Positions 52,128 through 59,728 of a stretch of 64,000 bases of DNA are shown piece after piece; the first letter of the stretch is position 1; each line of letters opens with the position of its first letter. The translations under genes were made by a program, and so were the position numbers. Source of the stretch: an uncultured delta proteobacterium (GTDB lineage: Bacteria; Myxococcota_A; UBA9160; SZUA-336). The notes under the pieces were generated by a model, which searched no databases, had not been told where the DNA came from, and worked only from the letters and a program-made list of their open reading frames with translations. The stretch lies in NCBI GenBank assembly GCA_963704165.1, contig CAVPHD010000006.1:32001-96000 (forward strand), given 5' to 3'.

Positions 52128-52300
52128 CGTCCGAAGCTACCACAGGCGCGCACTACGCCGACCGGCGTAGCGGATTCCGTTCCCGGACCGTAGCCGGGGG
52201 CTCCGCAAATGCGGAGATGGGCGTTCGAGAGCGAACGAAGCCTTCGAGGCAGAGCCGCGCCCGGCGGCGCTGCCGTCGACTATCTGAGCCGAGATCGGTT

Positions 52301-52337
52301 GATCGGAAGGGCCCGGGGTCTCCGAGCCCCTCCGATC
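52301..52337 (-). terminator. 16-bp stem-loop downstream of the RRM gene
   Basis: On the minus strand GATCGGAGGGGCTCGG pairs with CCGGGCCCTTCCGATC, with 2 G-U pairs and a 5-nt loop. No U-tract follows. Confidence 0.55.
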
Positions 52338-52355
52338 GAACTCGATTCGTTGCGC

Positions 52356-52697
<342 letters not shown>

Positions 52698-52922
52698 CTG
52701 ATGTATCCCGTACGTGACCCGCTCATTTCCGTCCGCGGGCACGCCCCTCGCCTCCTTCGAACCGGACACGTTCCGGCGCTGAAGAGAGACGATTACTGTA
52801 GCTGCACGATACACGGGGGATCGGGCCCCGATATGCGGCAGGACGGGCCGACGGTCGTTTCGAGTCACTGCTGAGGGATGAACCAGAGCGGTGCGTCGAA
52901 CGATCGACGCCAATCGTGCCGA

Positions 52923-52951
52923 AGTCTAGCCCGGCCATCCTGGAATGGCGA
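52923..52951 (-). promoter_or_regulatory. Candidate sigma70 promoter of the RRM gene
   Basis: TCGCCA-N17-TAGACT on the minus strand. Confidence 0.45.
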
Positions 52952-53031
52952 CCCTGACTTCAGCTTTGGCGCAACTATTTTCCGTCCTGGGCCCGGCCGT
53001 GCCGAAGACCCGTGCTGGCGCGGATGGCGAC

Positions 53032-53109
53032 TGGTGACCCCAGCGGGATTCGAACCCGCGTTCTCGGCGTGAAAGGCCGGTGTCCTGGGCCAAGCTAGAC
53101 GATGGGGTC
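53032..53109 (-). tRNA. tRNA-Glu (TTC)
   Basis: Reverse complement has acceptor stem GACCCCA/TGGGGTC plus ACCA, anticodon loop CTTTCAC and T-loop GTTCGAATC. Confidence 0.96.
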
Positions 53110-53134
53110 GAGTACCGGTCGGCCGGCGGCGCGT

Positions 53135-53163
53135 AGCCTAGCCGTGGGCCTTCGAGGGGTCAA
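53135..53163 (-). promoter_or_regulatory. sigma70 promoter of tRNA-Glu
   Basis: TTGACC-N17-TAGGCT followed by a GC-rich discriminator. Confidence 0.7.
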
Positions 53164-53247
53164 ACTTCCGACGGGATTCGAGCGGCGGCAGGCTCGGCCG
53201 CACCCAATGCGGTGGAATATCACGCCGTTTCCGTCGTACCGCGAATC

Positions 53248-53275
53248 TTGACCCATTCGTACGGAATCGTATCGT
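53248..53275 (+). promoter_or_regulatory. sigma70 promoter of the Grx4 operon
   Basis: TTGACC-N16-TATCGT, upstream of the GAGGGAG RBS. Confidence 0.6.
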
Positions 53276-53303
53276 GCGTCACTTCTACGAGGGAGACGAA
53301 TCC

Positions 53304-54233
53304 ATGAGCGTCGATCCAGCGCTTCGCGAACGGCTCGAATCGATCGTCCGGGCGGATCGCGTAGTCCTATTCATGAAGGGGACGCCCGACTCACCCCAGT
53401 GCGGCTTCTCCGCGCAGGTCGTTTCGATCCTGGGCCGCCTGATTCCCGAGTACGGCAGCTTCGACGTGCTCTCCGACGGCGCCATCCGCGAGGGCATCAA
53501 GGACTTCTCGAACTGGCCGACGATCCCCCAGCTCTATGTGGACGGCGAGTTCCAGGGCGGCTGCGACATCGTGAAGGAGCTCTACGCGAGCGGTGAGCTA
53601 CAGAAGCTCCTCGGCGTAGAAGTACAGACCGTGGCCGCTCCCAGCGTGACCGTGACCCCGGACGCCGCCGAGCTGCTCCGCGGCGTGATCGCGAACCAGG
53701 GTGGCGAACTCCACATCGCGATCGACGCTTCGTTCAAGCACTCGCTCTCGGTCGGGCCGCGCACGGGAAACGAGATCGCGGCCTCGAGCAACGGCCTCGC
53801 GATCCTCTTCGATCGCGACTCGGCGCAGCGCGCGAACGGGCTCGTGATCGGCACCGCCGACTCGGGCGGGACGAAGGCGCTGACCGTCGAGAACCCGAAC
53901 GCTCCGCGCGCCGCCGAGGTCAATCAGCTCTCGGCACCCGAGCTCCAGGCGCTGATGGACGCCGGACAGGAATTCCACCTCTACGACGTGCGCACGCCCG
54001 AGGAGCAGAAGCAGGCACGAATCGCCGCCGCGACGCTCGTCGATGCGCGCGTCGCCGCCGAGATCGAGAAGCTGCCGAAGGACGCGCTGATCGTCTTCCA
54101 CTGCCACCACGGCGGCCGAAGTCAAGCGGCGGCCGAGCACTTCGCGAGCCGTGGCTTCACGAACGTGCACAACCTCGCGGGCGGAATCGACGCATGGTCA
54201 CGCGAGGTCGACGCGTCGATCCCTCGGTACTGA
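53304..54233 (+). CDS. grxD: Monothiol glutaredoxin (Grx4) fused to a HesB/IscA-like domain and a rhodanese
   Basis: 'FMKG..PQCGFS', 'WPTIPQLY' and 'GGCDI'; middle 'VTVTPDAAE...ILFDRDS...ENPNA'; C-terminal 'DVRTPEE' and 'CHHGGRS'. Confidence 0.9.
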   Translation: MSVDPALRERLESIVRADRVVLFMKGTPDSPQCGFSAQVVSILGRLIPEYGSFDVLSDGAIREGIKDFSNWPTIPQLYVDGEFQGGCDIVKELYASGELQKLLGVEVQTVAAPSVTVTPDAAELLRGVIANQGGELHIAIDASFKHSLSVGPRTGNEIAASSNGLAILFDRDSAQRANGLVIGTADSGGTKALTVENPNAPRAAEVNQLSAPELQALMDAGQEFHLYDVRTPEEQKQARIAAATLVDARVAAEIEKLPKDALIVFHCHHGGRSQAAAEHFASRGFTNVHNLAGGIDAWSREVDASIPRY

Positions 54234-54249
54234 GGGCGGTAGGCACGAC

Positions 54250-54516
54250 GTGGCCCTTCAAATCCATGCGCCGCCGGACGAGGTGATCGCGAAGCTCCGC
54301 ACGGCAATCGAGACGGCGCTTCCCTGCGACGAGCTCGAGGTTCAGGGCAGCGGTGGGCACTTCGAGATCCGCGTGGTCTCGAAGTCGTTCGAGGGCAAGA
54401 ACACGCTCGCGAAGCAGCGACTCGTGTTCAGCGCAATCGCGCACCTGATGAAGGGCAACGAGGCCCCGGTTCACGCGATCGACAGGCTCGACACGCTCAC
54501 GCCCCCCACGCCCTAG
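54250..54516 (+). CDS. BolA/IbaG-family protein
   Basis: 'GGHFEIRVVSKSFEGK..LAKQRLV' and 'VHAI'. Confidence 0.9.
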   Translation: MALQIHAPPDEVIAKLRTAIETALPCDELEVQGSGGHFEIRVVSKSFEGKNTLAKQRLVFSAIAHLMKGNEAPVHAIDRLDTLTPPTP

Positions 54517-54560
54517 TTCGCGGCTCGACAGCTCGCCGGCTTTGCGGTTCTACTTCGCGC

Positions 54561-55598
54561 GTGGCGCCAACATCGCGCAGGTCGGGTGTGTTGATCGCGA
54601 ACCTCGGCACGCCGAGCTCGCCGGAAACGGGCGACGTACGGCGGTACCTGCGCGAGTTCCTCACGGATCCGCGCGTGATCGACATCCCTGCCCTGCCTCG
54701 CTGGCTGCTGGTCAACGCCGTGATCGCACCGTTTCGGGCGCCGCGCTCCGCCCGGGCGTACCGCGCGATCTGGACCGAGCACGGCTCCCCCCTGCTCGCC
54801 CACGGACACGCTCTGCGGGACGCGCTGGCGGTCGAACTCGGAAGCGATTTCGAAGTCGCGCTCGGCATGCGCTACGGAGAACCGTCCCTCGCGCGCGCAT
54901 TCGACGATCTCACGAAGCACGACCTCGCACGCGTGGTGGTCGTGCCGCTCTTTCCGCACTACGCCTCGTCGTCGACCGGATCCGCGCTCGCACGCCTGCA
55001 CGAGCTGGCCGCCGCGCGCTGGAATGTGCCCGCCTTCGCGACGCTGCCCGAGTTCTTCGACGAGCCCGGCTTCATCGGCGCCCTCGCCGAGATCGCCCGT
55101 CCGCGGCTCGACGCGTTCCGGCCCGATCACGTGCTGTTCAGCTACCACGGACTGCCGGAACGACAGGTGCGCAAGAGCGACTCGACCGGCGAACACTGCC
55201 TGGAGTCGGCCGGCTGCTGCGATGCGATCGGCGAGGCGAATCGCTCGTGCTACCGCGCGCAGTGCTACGCGACCACACGCGCACTCGGTGCATCGCTCGA
55301 GCTGCCGCAGGGGGAGTTCTCGACCTCGTTCCAGTCGCGGCTCGGGCGCACGCCGTGGATCGAACCCCACACCGATGCCGTCCTGCCGGAGCTCGCTCGC
55401 GCGGGGAAGAAACGGCTGGCGGTCATCTGCCCGTCCTTCGTCGCGGATTGCCTCGAAACGCTCGAGGAGATCGGCCTGCGCGGCGCGGAGCAGTGGCGCG
55501 CGCTCGGCGGCGCGGCGCTCGAGCTCGTGCCGTGCGCGAACGCGCACCCGGCCTTCGTGCGCTTCCTTGCCGCGCGCGTCCGGAGCTCGAGCGGATGA
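54561..55598 (+). CDS. hemH: Ferrochelatase
   Basis: 'NLGTP', 'YLREFLTDPRV', 'GMRYGEP', 'PLFPHY', 'FSYHGLP', 'FQSRLG', 'WIEP' and 'FVADCLETLEEI'. Confidence 0.96.
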   Translation: MAPTSRRSGVLIANLGTPSSPETGDVRRYLREFLTDPRVIDIPALPRWLLVNAVIAPFRAPRSARAYRAIWTEHGSPLLAHGHALRDALAVELGSDFEVALGMRYGEPSLARAFDDLTKHDLARVVVVPLFPHYASSSTGSALARLHELAAARWNVPAFATLPEFFDEPGFIGALAEIARPRLDAFRPDHVLFSYHGLPERQVRKSDSTGEHCLESAGCCDAIGEANRSCYRAQCYATTRALGASLELPQGEFSTSFQSRLGRTPWIEPHTDAVLPELARAGKKRLAVICPSFVADCLETLEEIGLRGAEQWRALGGAALELVPCANAHPAFVRFLAARVRSSSG

Positions 55599-56605
55599 CA
55601 CGCGCCGAGAAGGCGAAGCGGATCGGCGAGATCCTCGACTCGCTCTACCCGATGCCCGAGGTGCCGCTCCGGCACCGCGATCCCTACACGCTTCTGATCG
55701 CCGTCGTGCTCTCGGCGCAGTGCACCGACGTGCGGGTGAACCAGGTGACCCCGCGCCTCTTCGCACGCGCACGCACGCCGCAGGCGATGGTGAAGCTCGG
55801 CGTGCCGGCCATCCGCGAGATCATCCGGCCCTGCGGGCTCTCTCCGGCGAAGTCACGGAACATCCACGAGCTCTCGAAGCTCTTGCTCGAGCGACACCAC
55901 GGTGACGTGCCCGCCGATTTCGAGGCGCTCGAGGCGCTGCCCGGCGTCGGGCACAAGAGCGCGAGCATCGTGATGTCGCAGGCTTTCGGAATCCCGGCGT
56001 TTGCGGTGGACACGCACGTCCATCGCCTGGCCGAGCGCTTCGGACTCTCGAGCGGTCGGAACGTCGTCGAGACCGAGCGCGATCTCAAGGCGCTCTATCC
56101 CGAGAACGAGTGGATCCGCCGCCATCTGCAGTTCGTCTACTTCGGCCGCGAGCACTGCCCGGCGCGCGCACACGATCCCTCGGGATGCCCGATCTGCAGC
56201 TGGGCGGCGGCGCGGAGTCGTCAGGTCCCGATCGCCGAGAGCCGTAGCAGCGGCCCGACCGGCTCGGTCTCGCGGGCGAGATCGATCTCCCCCGCGATGA
56301 ACCAGTCGTTCGCGTCGCTCGGGTCGAGCAAGACCTGCGTGACCGTCCAGCGACGCGGGCCGTCGGATTCGATTCGCGTCCACTCGGCGTGGCGAGCCGC
56401 GTGTGTGAACAGCAGCTCGCCGTGCTGCGCGAAGTACGGCGCGAGCGCCCGCTCGAAACGCTCCGGCGTCCAGGGGTCGTCGGGATCCGCGTGGACGGAG
56501 GCCGCGGCTTCCGCCCAGTCCCGTTCGGCCAGCGCGCGGACCAGACGGTGCAGCTCGGCGCGAGCCCGGGCACGCAGCGCACGTTCGTCGCGGGCGAGAT
56601 CGTAG
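55595..56605 (+). CDS. nth: Endonuclease III (homologous part ends at about 56215; the frame stays open to 56605)
   Basis: 'LLIAVVLSAQCTDVRVN', HhH 'LPGVGHKSA', 'VDTHVHR' and 'GREHC'. Confidence 0.9.
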   Translation: MTRAEKAKRIGEILDSLYPMPEVPLRHRDPYTLLIAVVLSAQCTDVRVNQVTPRLFARARTPQAMVKLGVPAIREIIRPCGLSPAKSRNIHELSKLLLERHHGDVPADFEALEALPGVGHKSASIVMSQAFGIPAFAVDTHVHRLAERFGLSSGRNVVETERDLKALYPENEWIRRHLQFVYFGREHCPARAHDPSGCPICSWAAARSRQVPIAESRSSGPTGSVSRARSISPAMNQSFASLGSSKTCVTVQRRGPSDSIRVHSAWRAACVNSSSPCCAKYGASARSKRSGVQGSSGSAWTEAAASAQSRSASARTRRCSSARARARSARSSRARS

Positions 56606-58788
56606 ACACGGGTCGGAACCGGCGCGGGTGTGGCTCCGGTCCGTCGCGCACCGGGATGCATCAGGCTCTCCCACTCGTCGACCAGGCTCGAATCGACGCG
56701 TTCGAGCATCGTGCGGAAGTACGCGATCACGTCGTGCACGGCCTCGGTCTTCGCGCCCTCGGGAACGGTCTGAACGATCGTTCCGTAGACCTGGGAGACG
56801 TAGCGCAAGAGGAGACCCTCGATGCGCTGCAACCCGTAGAAGCGCACGTAGTGGTCGAAACTGAAATAGCCCTCGTACATCTCGCGCGCGATCGACTTCG
56901 GATGGACGTCCTGGTGGCGAACCCATGGGTGCTTGCGCGCGAAGAAGTCGAAGGTCTGCTCGATGAATGCGCGGCTCGGGGCAAGAGGCTGCACCTCGTC
57001 GAGCCGACGGATGCGCTCCTCGTAGGGAACGCCTTCGGCCTTGAGCTGTACCATGAGCTCGCTCTTGATCCGATCGAGCTGACGAAACAGGATCGCACGG
57101 GGATCCTCGAGCACCGCTTCGACGAGCGAGAGCACCTCGTTGGCGAAGGCCGCGTCACGCGCCTCGATGTACGAGATTGCCTCGACCACGTAGAGCGAGA
57201 GCGCGTGGTGCAAGGAGAAGTCCCACTGCAGGTCTTCGGCGACGCGCACGCGACGCCGACCCGTCGTCGGATCACGCTCGACGCGAACGATGTCGGCCGC
57301 GCGCAGGCCGCGGAAGAGCTGCGCGGCCTCGCGCAGGATTCGCCGCTTGCGGGGGTCGCTCTCGTGGCTGCGGGCGATGAGATCCGCGACCGCGCGCCAT
57401 CCGCCGCGCGGATCGGGGTCGTCCTCGGCCCGGCGAAGGAGCAGCACGATCATTCCGTGCGTGACACGGAATCGCGACACGAGCGGCTCGGGCGAGCGCT
57501 CGATCAGGCGCTCGAAGGTCTCCTCGTTCCACCCGACGAAGCCCGGCGGCGGCTTCCGCGTCACCTCGCGCTTGCGCTTCTTTCCGCCCGATTTCGTCGC
57601 ACGCTCGCGAAGGCGCCGGTTCTCGATCACGTGCTCCGGCGCCTGACAGACGACGCTGCCGCGTTCGTCGAAACCCTTCCGCCCGGCTCGGCCGCCGATC
57701 TGCCGGAACTCGCGGACGGACAGCGCACCGACGCGGCGGCCGTCGAACTTGGCGAGCTTCGTGAACAGCACCGTGCGGATCGGAATGTTCACTCCGACGC
57801 CGAGCGTGTCGGTGCCGGAGATGACCTTCAGGAGCCCCCGTTGCGCGAGCTGCTCGACGAGCAGCCGGTACTTCGGCAGCAGCCCCGCATGGTGGATGCC
57901 GATGCCCGCGCGCACGATCCGCGAAAGCTCCTTGCCGTACGCGGTATCGAATGCGAAATCGCCGAGCGCCTCGCCGATCCTCACGCGTTCCGGACGCGAG
58001 GCCACGTTCAGACTGGTGAGCGCCTGTGCGAGCTCCGCCGCCTCGCGCTGCGTGAACGAGACGACGTAGATCGGCGCCTTGCCCGCCTCGATCAGCTCCT
58101 CGACCGTCTCGTGCAGCGGCGTCTCGCAGTAGGCGAAGTCGAGTGGCACCGGGCGTTCGCTCGAGGAGACGAGCGCCACCGGTCGTCCGGAACGCTGCTC
58201 GAGGTCCCGCCGGATCTCCGTCGTGTCGCCGAGCGTGGCCGACATCAGCAGGAACGTCGCCCGCGGCATCACGAGCAATGGCACCTGCCAGGCCACGCCG
58301 CGCTGAGGGTCGGAGTAGAAGTGGAACTCGTCCATCACGACGTACGGCACGTCGAGATCGGTGCCCTGACGCAGCGCCATGTTCGCGAGCACTTCGACGG
58401 TGCAGCAGACGATCGGAGCCGCGGAGTTGATGCTCGCGTCGCCCGTCAGCATGCCGACGTTCTCGGGGCCGAAGTCCTGGCAGAGCGCGAAGAACTTCTC
58501 GCTGACCAGCGCCTTCACCGGCGACGTGTAGAACGAGCGGCGTCCCTCACACATCGCCTTGAAGTGGAACAAGGTCGCGACGAGCGACTTTCCGGACCCG
58601 GTCGGCGTCGAGAGCACGACGTGCTTTCCGGCGAGGATCTCGAGGAACGCCTCCTCCTGCGCGGGATAGGGCACGAGCCCCCGCTCGCTCGACCAGCTCA
58701 CGAAGCGATCGAGGACCTCGTCGGCTTCGAGCCTCCCGATCGGGCTCGCGAGATCGACGAGACGGGGCGAGGCGTCGCCCTCAGCCAC
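56221..58788 (-). CDS. Ski2/HelY-like SF2 helicase with a DUF3516-type C-terminus
   Basis: 'PTGSGKS', 'DEFH', 'SAT', 'HHAGLLP', 'TDTLGVGVN' and 'QIGGRAGR'. Confidence 0.92.
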   Translation of the reverse strand: MAEGDASPRLVDLASPIGRLEADEVLDRFVSWSSERGLVPYPAQEEAFLEILAGKHVVLSTPTGSGKSLVATLFHFKAMCEGRRSFYTSPVKALVSEKFFALCQDFGPENVGMLTGDASINSAAPIVCCTVEVLANMALRQGTDLDVPYVVMDEFHFYSDPQRGVAWQVPLLVMPRATFLLMSATLGDTTEIRRDLEQRSGRPVALVSSSERPVPLDFAYCETPLHETVEELIEAGKAPIYVVSFTQREAAELAQALTSLNVASRPERVRIGEALGDFAFDTAYGKELSRIVRAGIGIHHAGLLPKYRLLVEQLAQRGLLKVISGTDTLGVGVNIPIRTVLFTKLAKFDGRRVGALSVREFRQIGGRAGRKGFDERGSVVCQAPEHVIENRRLRERATKSGGKKRKREVTRKPPPGFVGWNEETFERLIERSPEPLVSRFRVTHGMIVLLLRRAEDDPDPRGGWRAVADLIARSHESDPRKRRILREAAQLFRGLRAADIVRVERDPTTGRRRVRVAEDLQWDFSLHHALSLYVVEAISYIEARDAAFANEVLSLVEAVLEDPRAILFRQLDRIKSELMVQLKAEGVPYEERIRRLDEVQPLAPSRAFIEQTFDFFARKHPWVRHQDVHPKSIAREMYEGYFSFDHYVRFYGLQRIEGLLLRYVSQVYGTIVQTVPEGAKTEAVHDVIAYFRTMLERVDSSLVDEWESLMHPGARRTGATPAPVPTRVYDLARDERALRARARAELHRLVRALAERDWAEAAASVHADPDDPWTPERFERALAPYFAQHGELLFTHAARHAEWTRIESDGPRRWTVTQVLLDPSDANDWFIAGEIDLARETEPVGPLLRLSAIGT

Positions 58789-59689
58789 GCGGCTCGCGTC
58801 CTCTCCGGATCACGACCACCCGCCCGACGATCTCGGCCGGGGGCGAGACATCGGGCGTCGCGATCTCGATTCGAGCGCCCACGCCCTGCACGATGCGCAG
58901 ACCGGCGTCGGTGAGGACGAAGCCCTTTGCGCGCAGCGCTCCCTCGTTCTCGATCCGCCGCAGAATCGCGTCGTCCCCGAGGCCCGGCTCGAACTCGATG
59001 ACGTCGGTCTCGAACGCCTCGTGGCGGTGCGAAGCGCCCGCGCCACGCGCCCGGCGCACGCGCTTCGCCTGCTCGAGTCCGGGCGGAAAGAGCAGCTCAG
59101 GCGACACCACCGAGTGTCTGGCGTGCAGAATCGGAGCGTCGGGCTCGATCTCGCGAAGCCGGGCCTCGAGCTCGGGCAGGATCGCCTCGGGGACCAGGTC
59201 GAGCTTGTTCAGCAGGATCAGGTCCGCGGACGAGACCTGATCCTCGAACGTCCCTTCGAGGTCTCGCCCGCTCGCGAGCTGCTCGGCGTTCACCACGATC
59301 ACCGTCACGTCGTCTCCGATCCAACGCGAGATCGGCTCGCGCCAGAAGTTCAGCTGGACGTCGTACGGCAGCGCGACACCCGAGGTCTCGATCACGATCC
59401 GGTCCGGGTCGATCCGCTCGCGCAGCTGTTCGAGCGTGACCACGAGCTCGTCGGAGAGCTGACAGCAGACGCAGCCCCCGCCGAGCTCGACGAACGTCTC
59501 GTCGCTGCCGCCGAGAAGCGCACGGTCGATCCCGAGCTCGCCGAACTCGTTCGAGATGATCGCGAGTCGAAGCCCCTGATCGCGAGCGTCCTCGAGCAGG
59601 TGGCGCACCAGGGTGGTCTTGCCCGAGCCCAGGAAGCCCGAGACGAGCAACGCGGGAACGCGTCGGCGGGTCGATCCGCTCTCCGTCAC
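58781..59689 (-). CDS. CobW/COG0523 metallochaperone GTPase
   Basis: 'GFLGSGKTT', 'NEFGE', 'GCVCC', 'IETSG', 'NKLD' and 'RAKG'. Confidence 0.92.
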   Translation of the reverse strand: MTESGSTRRRVPALLVSGFLGSGKTTLVRHLLEDARDQGLRLAIISNEFGELGIDRALLGGSDETFVELGGGCVCCQLSDELVVTLEQLRERIDPDRIVIETSGVALPYDVQLNFWREPISRWIGDDVTVIVVNAEQLASGRDLEGTFEDQVSSADLILLNKLDLVPEAILPELEARLREIEPDAPILHARHSVVSPELLFPPGLEQAKRVRRARGAGASHRHEAFETDVIEFEPGLGDDAILRRIENEGALRAKGFVLTDAGLRIVQGVGARIEIATPDVSPPAEIVGRVVVIRRGREPRG

Positions 59690-59728
59690 GTGCAGGAGGA
59701 TGCCGGACCGGGCTAGGTTCCGCCGCCG

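Noticed and set aside
52965..52985. sigma54-like TGGCGC motif
   Set aside because: The -12 GC is missing (it reads TTTCC).
53032..53109. tRNA-Glu as an integration site for a genomic island
   Set aside because: I saw no integrase and no duplicated tRNA 3' end in the window.
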